A stretch of 34,293 nucleotides of DNA, taken from contig JANNWY010000121.1 of the NCBI GenBank assembly GCA_031409335.1, positions 1 to 34,293 on the forward strand. Direction: 5' to 3'. Numbering within the stretch: the first letter of the stretch is position 1; every line of letters starts with the position of its first letter. Made by a program: the position numbers and the translations under genes. The DNA comes from Chthoniobacteraceae bacterium (GTDB taxonomy: Bacteria; Verrucomicrobiota; Verrucomicrobiia; Chthoniobacterales; Chthoniobacteraceae). Under the pieces are notes generated by a model, which searched no databases, was not told the DNA's origin, and saw only the letters and a program-made list of their open reading frames with translations. Below, one piece after another: positions 7,644 through 16,153 of the stretch.

Positions 7644-8620
7644 GCGGCGTGCCTGAAACTTTGCGTGGCGTGACGCCCGCGATCGACATCCGTTCCGTCC
7701 GCGTGGACTACGGCGATTTTGTGGCCGTCGATGATCTCACGCTCACGATTCCACCCGGCGAAGTCTTCGGTTTGGTCGGCCCGAATGGCGCGGGGAAAAC
7801 GAGCACCTTCCGCGTCCTGACGACGCTGATGGAGCCGACCTACGGCGAGGTGATTCTTGACGGCGTGGATGTGTTTGAAGACATCGAAAGCGCGCGCCGC
7901 ATCATCGGCTACATGCCCGACCTCGCGCCCGTGCCGACGGATTTGAAGGTGTGGGAATTCCTCGATTTCCACGCCGCCGCGTACGGACTCGGTACCCGCG
8001 CGCAGCGCCGCGAACGCGTCGCCGAATGCCTCGAAGAAGTCTCGCTCACCGATCAGCGCAATAACTGGTGCAAGGCACTTTCCCGCGGCCAAACGCAGCG
8101 CGTCGTCCTCGCGAAAACGCTGCTCCACCGCCCGCGCGTCCTCATCCTCGATGAACCCGCGAGCGGCCTCGATCCCCTCGCCCGCCGCGACCTGCGCAAC
8201 GCGCTGCGCAAGCTCGCGAAGACCGGCGCGACCGTCTTTGTCAGCTCGCACATCCTCAGCGAACTCGCCGAAATGTGCTCGTCACTCTGCGTCATGAATC
8301 GCGGGCGCCTGCTCGCATCAGGCACCGTCGATCAAGTGCGGCATCAGCTCGGCAACACCGAACGCACACTCACCGCCACGCTCCTCGGCCGCCAAGAGGA
8401 AGCCGGCGAATGGCTCGCCGCGCAGCCCGCCGTCCACGAACTGCGGATCGTGGAAGCGCAGATCATCTTTGGCTTCAAAGGCACCGACGACGCGCAGGCC
8501 GATCTCATGGCGGGCCTCATCCAGCTTGGCTTCCGCATCCGCGCATTTGAAGAAAGACGCTCCTCGTTCGAGGACATCCTCGTCGAAGTCGCCGAAAGCA
8601 ATCGCCGGCTCCGACCATAG
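7640..8620 (+). CDS. ABC transporter ATP-binding protein (ABC-2/multidrug type)
   Basis: Walker A GPNGAGKT, signature LSRGQ, Walker B LILDEPASGLD, SSH switch; GTGA overlap with the upstream gene. Confidence 0.95.
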   Translation: MSGVPETLRGVTPAIDIRSVRVDYGDFVAVDDLTLTIPPGEVFGLVGPNGAGKTSTFRVLTTLMEPTYGEVILDGVDVFEDIESARRIIGYMPDLAPVPTDLKVWEFLDFHAAAYGLGTRAQRRERVAECLEEVSLTDQRNNWCKALSRGQTQRVVLAKTLLHRPRVLILDEPASGLDPLARRDLRNALRKLAKTGATVFVSSHILSELAEMCSSLCVMNRGRLLASGTVDQVRHQLGNTERTLTATLLGRQEEAGEWLAAQPAVHELRIVEAQIIFGFKGTDDAQADLMAGLIQLGFRIRAFEERRSSFEDILVEVAESNRRLRP

Positions 8621-8830
8621 CGTTCCATATCCGGCACGCGGCGGGATGGTGTTTCGAGCGTCGCGATCGAGACCCGGCTCGTATCCCCACCGAGCAACTG
8701 CAACTTCAGGGCAAGCCGGGCGAGTGCCCAGCCCCGCTGCTCGCGAAGCCGCCATGATTTACACTCGCACCCTTATGCCCGCATCAATCTGGAGTCAGAA
8801 TCATTTGGCGGCGATCCCGGCAATTTGAGC

Positions 8831-9928
8831 ATGGACTACGACGTTGCCATCGTCGGTGCTGGTCCCGCCGGATCGACGTGTGCCGCGACCTGCGCTGAAG
8901 CCGGGTTGCGGACGCTGCTTCTCGAAAGGTCCGTATTCCCCCGGGAGAAGGTGTGTGGGGATTGCGTGAATCCTGCGTGCTGGCCGATCCTCGACCGGCT
9001 GCACCTCGGCGAGCGCCTGCGCGCGCTGCCGCATTCGCGAATTGCGGAAGTGGAATTCATCGGCACGAAAGGCCATTCCAGTCGCCATCACATTTGCGGG
9101 GAAATCGCCATCAAGCGCAGCGCCCTCGATCTTCTCCTGCTCACTCGCGCCCGCGAACTCGGTGCGCGGATTTGCGAGGGCGTCACCGTCACCGCGCTCG
9201 AAAAGGGATGGATCATTCGGACGAGCGCGGAGACTTTCCACGCGCGCACGCTCGTCGCCGCGGATGGGCGCAACTCGACCGTCGCGCGACTGCTCGGCCT
9301 GCTTCCCCCAGCGGCAAAGGACCGGATCGGCGTGCAGACGCATTTTCCCGCGCCGCCGGATTTCGGCGAACGCATCGTCATGCGTTTTCTGCCCGCGGGA
9401 TATTGCGGGCTCGCCAGCGTCGGCGACGCGCAGCTCAATCTTTGCCTGGTGAGCACCGCCCGGAAGATCGACGATCTGAAAACATGGGCTGCCCGCGAAT
9501 TCACGCTCCCGGCGAATCAGGAATGGCGCGTCATCACTCCCCTCGCCCGCGCCGCCGTGCCGGCGATGCACGCGAATCTTTTGCTTGCCGGCGACGCCGC
9601 GCGCGTCGTCGAGCCCTTCACCGGCGAAGGTATCTACTACGCACTCGCCTCCGGCGAACTCGCCGCGCGCCACATCCTCTCGCGCAATCTCGATGGCTAC
9701 GCGCGGGCGCACGCGCAGCTTTATCGCGGTCGTCTCTGGATCAATCAGCTCGCGAAGCAAGCCGTGCTGCATCCGCGCATCGCGACCCTCGCGCTGCGCG
9801 TTCCCTTCGCGCTCCGGCTGCTCACCGCGAAAGTCGTCAGGGCATCAGCTTCGGGAGAAAAACAATCGCGCCCACCACCGCCGCGCCGATCGCCGCCGCG
9901 AGCACGGCACCTGCCGCGAGATCCTTGA
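8831..9928 (+). CDS. FAD-dependent oxidoreductase, geranylgeranyl reductase family
   Basis: GAGPAG Rossmann motif, FPREKVCGD, AADGRNS, GDAARVVEPFTGEGI. Confidence 0.9.
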   Translation: MDYDVAIVGAGPAGSTCAATCAEAGLRTLLLERSVFPREKVCGDCVNPACWPILDRLHLGERLRALPHSRIAEVEFIGTKGHSSRHHICGEIAIKRSALDLLLLTRARELGARICEGVTVTALEKGWIIRTSAETFHARTLVAADGRNSTVARLLGLLPPAAKDRIGVQTHFPAPPDFGERIVMRFLPAGYCGLASVGDAQLNLCLVSTARKIDDLKTWAAREFTLPANQEWRVITPLARAAVPAMHANLLLAGDAARVVEPFTGEGIYYALASGELAARHILSRNLDGYARAHAQLYRGRLWINQLAKQAVLHPRIATLALRVPFALRLLTAKVVRASASGEKQSRPPPPRRSPPRARHLPRDP

Positions 9929-10220
9929 TGCGCCCCGCCAGCGGCCTGCGCTCCGGCGAGACGAGATCGACCATGCCTTCCAGCGCCGTATTGAAACATT
10001 CCGCCGCCCAAACCGACGCGATCGAGATCGTGATCGCGCACCATTCCCACGCGACCAATTTCAGCGCGAAACCGCACCCCACCACGAGCACGGTCGCGAG
10101 CGCGTGGAGGCGCGCGTTTGCCTGCGTGCGAAAGCAGTTCGCGAGGCCGCGAAACGCATGGCCGAAGCTGCGCAGACGCCCGCGCCACCAGCCGGCATTC
10201 GCAACGTGGCGCTCTTCCAT
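9837..10220 (-). CDS. dgkA: Diacylglycerol/undecaprenol kinase (DgkA family)
   Basis: SFGHAFRGL, NARLH, AECFNTALEGMVDLVSP, KDLAAGAVL. Confidence 0.9.
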   Translation of the reverse strand: MEERHVANAGWWRGRLRSFGHAFRGLANCFRTQANARLHALATVLVVGCGFALKLVAWEWCAITISIASVWAAECFNTALEGMVDLVSPERRPLAGRIKDLAAGAVLAAAIGAAVVGAIVFLPKLMP

Positions 10221-10235
10221 GCCCGGAGCGCCGCG

Positions 10236-10451
10236 TTACTTTTTCTCGGGGAAAAACTTGGGCGCTTCCTCGGTCTTCGCACCCTCGACTGGCTTGGCCG
10301 CCCCGCCGTCCTCCGCAGTTTTCGCATCATGCTTTTCGCCACCGTGCTCCTCGTGGACTCCCGGCTGCGGGTCGCCGGGCAGCGGATGCTGTTCACAGGC
10401 ATTCCAAAAAAGCGCGAGCGTGCAGAGCGACAGAAGCGAAAGAAATCTCAT
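10236..10451 (-). CDS. Small putative lipoprotein
   Basis: MRFLSLLSLCTLALFWNAC is lipobox-like and is followed by a short charged, disordered tail. Confidence 0.65.
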   Translation of the reverse strand: MRFLSLLSLCTLALFWNACEQHPLPGDPQPGVHEEHGGEKHDAKTAEDGGAAKPVEGAKTEEAPKFFPEKK

Positions 10452-10503
10452 AAGCGGGCGCGAAGCTAGCGGACGGTTTTGCGCCATGCCAACGGAAATC
10501 CGT

Positions 10504-10866
10504 TCACTCGCCGCGATAGCTGCAACGCGCGGTCGGTGTCTCGTGGATGACGATCTCGGCGAGGCCAGGGCATTGCGGTGCGAGCTTTTGCCAAAACCAC
10601 GCCGCCATGTTTTCAATCGTCGGATTTTCGAGACCGGCGATTTCGTTCAGGTAGGAATGATCGAGCATCTCCACGAGCGGACGCATCGCGCGCCCGATGA
10701 TCGCATGATCGTAAAACCACCCCGTCTCCGGGTCGGTCTCGCCTTCCACGGAAATCTCGACCTTAAAACTGTGCCCGTGCATCTGCCGGCATTTGTGACC
10801 TTCGGGCGCGTGGGGAAGAGTCTGGGCAGCTTCAAAAGTGAAGTCTTTGGTGAGGCGGACTTTCAT
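10504..10866 (-). CDS. queD: 6-carboxy-5,6,7,8-tetrahydropterin synthase
   Basis: KDFTFEAAQTLPHAPEGHKCRQMHGHSF, LDHSYLNEIAGLENPTIE, ETPTARCSYRGE closely follow E. coli QueD; ATG at 10866. Confidence 0.93.
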   Translation of the reverse strand: MKVRLTKDFTFEAAQTLPHAPEGHKCRQMHGHSFKVEISVEGETDPETGWFYDHAIIGRAMRPLVEMLDHSYLNEIAGLENPTIENMAAWFWQKLAPQCPGLAEIVIHETPTARCSYRGE

Positions 10867-10870
10867 GAAT

Positions 10871-11128
10871 TCAATAGTGATCGCGGCACGAAATGATGGT
10901 GATGGAATCGTCCGACACCCGATAGACGAGCCGATGCTCCTCGTTGATCCGCCGCGACCAGCAACCCTTGAGTTGATGGCGCAACGGCTCAGGTTTTCCG
11001 ATGCAGGTGAAAGGCTCGCGGGCTGCCTCTCCAATCAGGCGCACCAGTCGCTCAAAAAGTTTCCGGTCCTCCGCGGACCACGCCGTAAACTGCGCGAAGG
11101 CGTCGCCGTGAAACGCTACGTTCCTCAC
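10871..11128 (-). CDS. yoeB: Txe/YoeB family mRNA-interferase toxin
   Basis: GKPEPLRHQLKGCWSRRINEEHRLVY...CRDHY; the catalytic E, R and C-terminal HY are retained. Confidence 0.93.
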   Translation of the reverse strand: MRNVAFHGDAFAQFTAWSAEDRKLFERLVRLIGEAAREPFTCIGKPEPLRHQLKGCWSRRINEEHRLVYRVSDDSITIISCRDHY

Positions 11129-11349
11129 TGAAATTGAGCCTGATCGGGGATCACTAAATTCCGGCCCGCTTCCATGTCCGCGACGGCGCGCAGCAGGCGC
11201 TCTCGGCGTGTGGCATCGCTCAGAAGATCGTCCGTTTCGTCGGCTTCCATGACTTGGATTTCTATCACCTTGTGGGCAAACGCGGCTTTCACTGTCTCGA
11301 CAAAAGTCGGGTCGAGCTCATCAACGTGAAGGCGGTAGATCGTCGTCAT
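11125..11349 (-). CDS. Putative antitoxin of the YoeB-type toxin
   Basis: 74 aa, acidic, overlaps the toxin start (GTGA); DETDDLLSDATRRERLLRAVADMEAG resembles the YefM toxin-binding C-terminal helix. Confidence 0.8.
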   Translation of the reverse strand: MTTIYRLHVDELDPTFVETVKAAFAHKVIEIQVMEADETDDLLSDATRRERLLRAVADMEAGRNLVIPDQAQFQ

Positions 11350-11355
11350 GGCCGG

Positions 11356-11389
11356 AGACTAACTGCGGATTTTCACCGTGACAACCGCA
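11356..11389 (-). promoter_or_regulatory. Sigma70-type promoter (probably leaderless) with overlapping inverted repeat for the TA module
   Basis: Minus strand: TTGTCA (11384-11379), 17 nt, TAGTCT (11361-11356), 6 nt, ATG. Imperfect inverted repeat tgcggattttcac/gtgacaaccgca at 11364-11389. Confidence 0.65.
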
Positions 11390-11401
11390 TCGTCGATGTC
11401 C

Positions 11402-12052
11402 TCACACGCTCTTCTGTTTCGGGTCCCAGATGAATTTGTGCATCTGGAGCTGGAAACGCACGGGCAGTTTGTCTTCGAGAATCCACTCGACGATTTGGCG
11501 CGGTTCGATGCGGTCGAAGATCGGCGAAAAGAGCACTGCGCCGCAGCGTTTCACCAGGTCGTGGGTGCGGACTTGTTCGCGGGAAAACTCATAGTCTTCG
11601 CGTGAGCCGATCACGAATTTCACTTCGTCGCGCTTCGCCAAATGCGGGATGTTCGACATCAAATTGCGCGCGCATTCGCCGCTGCCGGGCGTCTTCAAAT
11701 CCATGATGCGATGCACGCGCGGGTCGATCGTCGAGATGTCATGCGCGCCGCTGGTTTCGATGAGCACGGTACGGCCGGCGTCGCAAAGTGCGGTCATCAG
11801 TGGCAGCACGTTTTTTTGCAAAAGCGGCTCGCCGCCGGTGATCTCGACGAGCGGGCAATCAATCGCGAGCACTTCAGCGAGCACTTCGGTCACCGGGCGC
11901 TTTGTGCCTTTGTAGAAGGCGTATTCCGTGTCGCAGTAGGTGCAGCGCAGATCGCAAAAAGTCAGCCGCACGAAGACGCACCGCTCGCCCGCCCAAGTGC
12001 TCTCGCCTTGGATGGATTCGTAAATTTCGTTGATCGTCAGCGTTGGCGACAT
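11402..12052 (-). CDS. queE: 7-carboxy-7-deazaguanine synthase (radical SAM)
   Basis: INEIYESIQGES, FVRLTFCDLRCTYCDT (CxxxCxxC), ITGGEPLLQ, ETSG, QLQMHKFIW. Confidence 0.93.
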   Translation of the reverse strand: MSPTLTINEIYESIQGESTWAGERCVFVRLTFCDLRCTYCDTEYAFYKGTKRPVTEVLAEVLAIDCPLVEITGGEPLLQKNVLPLMTALCDAGRTVLIETSGAHDISTIDPRVHRIMDLKTPGSGECARNLMSNIPHLAKRDEVKFVIGSREDYEFSREQVRTHDLVKRCGAVLFSPIFDRIEPRQIVEWILEDKLPVRFQLQMHKFIWDPKQKSV

Positions 12053-12159
12053 TGCGAATGTGGTGTGTTGAGAGTTGCCGAAGTCTCTCAGCTTGTCGAA
12101 GAGAGAGCCGCGCGGCGCAAGTTCGGACACGCCGCTCCATTCGCACCCCAATTTTCCCA

Positions 12160-12954
12160 ATGAATCGCATCGACGAAAAATTCACGACTCTCCGCGCTGC
12201 CGGAAAGAAGGCGCTCATCGCCTACATTTCCGCGGGCGATCCGCATCTCGCTGCGACGCGCGCGCTGGCCATCGCGTTTGAAAAGGCGGGCGTCGATATC
12301 CTCGAACTCGGCGTCCCGTTTTCCGATCCGCTGGCGGATGGCGTGGTGAATCAGCTCGCGGCAGCCCGCGCGCTCGCATCGGGAACGACGGTGCATGGTG
12401 TGCTGGATTGCGTGCGCGAAATCCGGCGTGAGTCGCAGCTTCCGATCGTGCTCTACACGTATGTGAATCCGATCTACCGGTACGGCTTCGCGGCGTTCCA
12501 CCGCGATGCGGAGGCGGCGGGCGTCGATGGCCTGCTCATCCTCGATCTGCCGCCGGAGGAAGACGCGCGGAATGTCGAACTGCGCGAGACAAGCGGCCTG
12601 AAACGCATCCGCCTCATCGCGCCGACCACGCCACCGGCGCGCATCGCCGCGCTCACCAAAGATGCGAGCGGCTTCATCTATTACGTCTCGCGCGAAGGCG
12701 TGACCGGCGAGCGCGCGGAGGTCGCGGATACGATGGCTGGCCGCGTCGCGGAAATCCGCGCAACGACTTCTCTCCCGATCGCGGTCGGGTTTGGCATTTC
12801 AAATCCCGAGCATGTCCGCCAGGTCGCGGCGTGCGCGGATGGCGTGGTGGTCGGCAGCGCGATTGTGAAGCAGATCGCCGCAGCCGGTGATTCGCCCGAT
12901 CTCACGCAACGGCTCGCGGATTTCGTGCGACCGCTCGCTGAAGCGACGAAATAG
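12160..12954 (+). CDS. trpA: Tryptophan synthase alpha chain
   Basis: AGDP, ELGVPFSDPLADG, DLPPEE, YYVSREGVTG, VGFGIS, DGVVVGSA. Confidence 0.97.
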   Translation: MNRIDEKFTTLRAAGKKALIAYISAGDPHLAATRALAIAFEKAGVDILELGVPFSDPLADGVVNQLAAARALASGTTVHGVLDCVREIRRESQLPIVLYTYVNPIYRYGFAAFHRDAEAAGVDGLLILDLPPEEDARNVELRETSGLKRIRLIAPTTPPARIAALTKDASGFIYYVSREGVTGERAEVADTMAGRVAEIRATTSLPIAVGFGISNPEHVRQVAACADGVVVGSAIVKQIAAAGDSPDLTQRLADFVRPLAEATK

Positions 12955-13079
12955 ATCCGAAATCCGAATCTCGAAATCCGAAACAGACTTCCGGAAAAAA
13001 TCGGCAAATAAAAAAACGATGACGCCGCGCGCCATCCGTTTTTCCTCTTCGCGCTATTCGGGTTTGTTTCGGATTTCTC
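12949..13079. repeat. Heptamer (aaatccg-like) repeats with an inverted partner between convergent trpA and larB
   Basis: atccgaaatccgaatctcgaaatccgaaacag (about 12956-12987) versus tgtttcggatttc (about 13065-13077). Confidence 0.6.
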
Positions 13080-13764
13080 CCCGAGCGGCGTGCAGCATCC
13101 GGTTGATCGTCGCCGCCGCGTACGCCGCGCCGAAACCGTTGTCGATATTCACCACCGTCACGCCGCTCCCGCACGAGTTCAGCATTCCCAGCAGCGCGGC
13201 GATGCCGCCGAAACTCGCGCCATAGCCGATGCTCGTCGGCACCGCGATCACCGGCTTGCTGACGAGCCCGGCCACTGCGCTCGGCAGCGCGCCTTCCATG
13301 CCCGCGACCACGATGAGGACGTTGCACGCTTCCAGCCGATCGCGTTCCCCGAGTAGTCGGTGAATCCCCGCCACGCCGACATCCGTGATCCGCTCCACGC
13401 GATGTCCGAAAATCTCCAGCGTCACCGCCGCTTCATCCGCGACCGCCAGATCCGACGTGCCGGCGCAGATCACACCGACGGTTCCGTCGCACTTCGGAAA
13501 CGGCTCGCGCTCGACCGTGATGCACCGCGCGCGCTCGTGCCATCGCGCATTTGGAAACTCCACCGCCAGCGCGCGAAACTGTTCTTCATTCGCGCGGCTC
13601 ACCAGCAGCACCGTGTCGTGCGCCAGGATCGTGCGTCCGATTACCGCGACATCCCTCGCCGTTTTTCCCGCGCCAAAAATCACCTCGGGAAAACCGCAGC
13701 GCCGACGCCGATCCGTGTCCACCCGCGCTTCACCGATATCGATAAAACCGTCAGCCACGCGCAA
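13054..13764 (-). CDS. larB: Nickel pincer cofactor biosynthesis protein LarB (AIR carboxylase-like)
   Basis: DTDRRRRCGFPEVIFGAGKT, AGTSDLAVADEA, DVGVAGIHRL, AGMEGALPS, VPTSIGYG, LNSCGSGVTVVNIDNGFGAA. Confidence 0.92.
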   Translation of the reverse strand: MRVADGFIDIGEARVDTDRRRRCGFPEVIFGAGKTARDVAVIGRTILAHDTVLLVSRANEEQFRALAVEFPNARWHERARCITVEREPFPKCDGTVGVICAGTSDLAVADEAAVTLEIFGHRVERITDVGVAGIHRLLGERDRLEACNVLIVVAGMEGALPSAVAGLVSKPVIAVPTSIGYGASFGGIAALLGMLNSCGSGVTVVNIDNGFGAAYAAATINRMLHAARGEIRNKPE

Positions 13765-13767
13765 GGA

Positions 13768-14238
13768 TCAGGTTGTCGCCGGTGTCTCGAACGTCAGCCG
13801 CATCGGAATCATCTTCGACGTCACAAATCCGTGGCCCGCGAAAAAAGCCTGACTGCGTTCATCGAGACGGTCGGCGAGCAGCGTGATGCGGAGAAAGTCC
13901 TTCTTTTTCGCGTAAGCGATCACATGCTCCAGAAGCTGCGAGCCATGCCCCAGACTGCGGTAGTCGCGATGCATGATCACGTCTTCCAGCATGATCACGA
14001 AGCCTCCTTCCGCCGTGCTGATCGTGAAGAGCAGATTGATCATTCCGAAAATCATCCCGTTGTGGCGCAGCACAAAAATCCGACCGCGGCTCGGCTGTTC
14101 GAGGATCAGACGCAGCCCGCGCATTTGCTTTGCGCGATCCGGCTTGAAGTCGCCCTCCATTTGAAACAACTCGAACAGCAGATCGGTGAGTTGCGGCAGG
14201 TCTTCCAGCGTGGCTTGCTCGATGTGCGGCTCTTCCAT
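13768..14238 (-). CDS. GNAT family N-acetyltransferase
   Basis: LEDVIMHRDYRSLGHGSQLL acetyl-CoA motif A; FFAGHGF motif B. Confidence 0.9.
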   Translation of the reverse strand: MEEPHIEQATLEDLPQLTDLLFELFQMEGDFKPDRAKQMRGLRLILEQPSRGRIFVLRHNGMIFGMINLLFTISTAEGGFVIMLEDVIMHRDYRSLGHGSQLLEHVIAYAKKKDFLRITLLADRLDERSQAFFAGHGFVTSKMIPMRLTFETPATT

Positions 14239-14431
14239 GAATTTCGGTTATCTCACAATCCGCGGGAGAGTGAAAGGCTTAGAGTGGGTTCGTCGGTTGA
14301 ATCGGTGGAATCCAGGGCTTTTCCGCGTTCCGGGATCGCGCTTTCAAAGGCTTGCAACGCCACAGTTTCACTCTAAGACACGGGGCTCACCCCGGTCATC
14401 GCACCGCTACGAAACTACTACCTGCCACACC

Positions 14432-15181
14432 ATGAAATCGCTGCCCACACTCCTCGCACTCTTCACCATCGGCCTCGCCAGCGCTCCCGCGGTCGATACC
14501 TCGGAGGTCATCAACGCCCCGACCTTCGGCTCCGCCAAAGAAGGCGCCACCGCAAAGGGGAAACCAATCTTCAACGGCAAGGATCTCACCGGCTGGAAGG
14601 GCGTGGAAGGATTCTGGAGCGTCGCGGACGGCGCGATCACGGGCACGACGACGACGGAAAATGCCGTGAAGACCAACACGTTTCTGGTGTGGGAAGGTGA
14701 GGTCAGCGACTTCGAGTTGAAATTCAAATACAAGGTCATCGACGGAAATTCCGGCGTGCAATACCGCAGCAAAGTCGTCGATTCCGCGTACTTCATCGTG
14801 GCTGGTTATCAGGCGGACTTTGAAGCGGGGAAGACCTACAGCGGCATTCTTTATGAAGAAAAAGGCCGCGGCATCCTCGCGCAACGCGGGCAAATCGTGA
14901 CGCTGGCCGAGGGTGAGTCGGCGGCCAAACCAAAGATCGAAGTCACCGGTTCGGTCGGTCGCTCGGATGAAATTCAGGAATCCATCAAGGACAAGGAATG
15001 GAACGACTACAAGATCGTCGCGAAAGGAAACCGGCTGAAGCACTACATCAACGGTCGCCAGACCGTCGATGTGACGGACGACACCGCCGTCGGCGCGAAG
15101 AAAGGCGTGCTCGCATTGCAACTGCACGCGGGCAAACCGATGACGGTGCAGTTCAAGGACCTCATGCTGAAAGCCGAATAG
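14432..15181 (+). CDS. DUF1080 (3-keto-disaccharide hydrolase-like) exported protein
   Basis: Signal peptide; IFNGKDLTGW, GNSGVQYRS, GYQAD, EWNDYKI, LALQLH, VQFKD. Confidence 0.9.
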   Translation: MKSLPTLLALFTIGLASAPAVDTSEVINAPTFGSAKEGATAKGKPIFNGKDLTGWKGVEGFWSVADGAITGTTTTENAVKTNTFLVWEGEVSDFELKFKYKVIDGNSGVQYRSKVVDSAYFIVAGYQADFEAGKTYSGILYEEKGRGILAQRGQIVTLAEGESAAKPKIEVTGSVGRSDEIQESIKDKEWNDYKIVAKGNRLKHYINGRQTVDVTDDTAVGAKKGVLALQLHAGKPMTVQFKDLMLKAE

Positions 15182-15204
15182 CTCTTCGGACGACAAAGCA
15201 ATTC

Positions 15205-15241
15205 AAAGGGCCGCGGTCGCGTGAATGCACCGCGGCCTTTT
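15205..15241 (+). terminator. Intrinsic terminator-like hairpin
   Basis: aaagggccgcggt (15205-15217) pairs with accgcggcctttt (15229-15241), just downstream of the DUF1080 gene. Confidence 0.65.
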
Positions 15242-15268
15242 CGCATCGCGAAACATTCCTCCCACGCA

Positions 15269-16150
15269 ATGAATCGAATCCCGCGCGGACCCGCAGCCGG
15301 CCTCGTCATTTTCGCAATCGTCGCGCTTGCCACCGCGCTCTGGCTGCGCTCGCCGGGGCTCGATATTCGCGATGGGCGGAATGATCGCGGCGGCAATGGC
15401 ATCGTCCTCGGCCCAGCGTGGACTGGCGGGGATGCGACTCCGTCCGCGCTCGCCGTCGGCGAAATCGCGCGCTCCATTCGCGAGCATCATCTCGCGGAAC
15501 TTTACCTCCAGCTCCCACCGCCAAACGCCGACGGCGCCCTGATCGGCATCGACTCCGCGCGCATCGAAGCGCTGCTTTACGAGTGTTCCGACGCGCGCGG
15601 CTGGGCGCAGGTGAATGTCGCCGGCCATCCGTTCGACGATCCGCGCTGGCGCAGGTTTTTCATCGTCGATCTCCGCCGCCTGCTCGATCGCGTGCCGCGA
15701 CTCCGCGGCGTGCAACTCGATTTCTCCGCCATCGACGACGTCTCCCCCGCCCTGCTCATGCTGCTCGACGAACTCCGCCCCGCGCTCGCCGCCGACACCC
15801 GCCTGCTCTCCATCGCCGTCGCCGGGTGGAAAGAGCCCTACTTTCGCGAAGTCGCCCGCCGCGCCGATCAGCTCGTCGCCCCGCTCGATGTTCACGCCTC
15901 TGCATTTGCGAAATTTAGCGTCGCGCGAAATGTCACCTTCATCAGCGATTCGCTCGCGTGGTCCGCGGAAAAACCCGTGCTTTTCCGCATCCCTCCCGCC
16001 GATCGACTCCCGCGCGCCCTCCGCGTCGTTCACCTCGCCTTTAGCCAACAGCCGCCGCCCGATCACTACCGGGGAATCATCCTCGATTCCCACACCGCCC
16101 CGGACCCCGCGGCGTGGAACGAACTGCGCGGGCACTTCCTCCGCCCGTAG
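15269..16150 (+). CDS. Membrane-anchored GH18-like TIM-barrel protein, probably non-catalytic
   Basis: N-terminal TM segment; RGVQLDFSA and DQLVAPLD sit where GH18 has DGxxxDxE and MxYD. Confidence 0.5.
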   Translation: MNRIPRGPAAGLVIFAIVALATALWLRSPGLDIRDGRNDRGGNGIVLGPAWTGGDATPSALAVGEIARSIREHHLAELYLQLPPPNADGALIGIDSARIEALLYECSDARGWAQVNVAGHPFDDPRWRRFFIVDLRRLLDRVPRLRGVQLDFSAIDDVSPALLMLLDELRPALAADTRLLSIAVAGWKEPYFREVARRADQLVAPLDVHASAFAKFSVARNVTFISDSLAWSAEKPVLFRIPPADRLPRALRVVHLAFSQQPPPDHYRGIILDSHTAPDPAAWNELRGHFLRP

Positions 16151-16153
16151 TCG

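Noticed and set aside
8953..10896. 647-aa plus-strand ORF and similar long overlapping ORFs (13360-14376, 27361-29307, 32156-33310)
   Set aside because: They are Arg/Ala/Pro-rich alternative frames over well-supported genes, as expected in high-GC DNA.
12053..12159. preQ1 riboswitch upstream of queE
   Set aside because: No preQ1 stem-loop with an A-rich 3' tail is visible; the region is a short divergent promoter with a REP-like motif.
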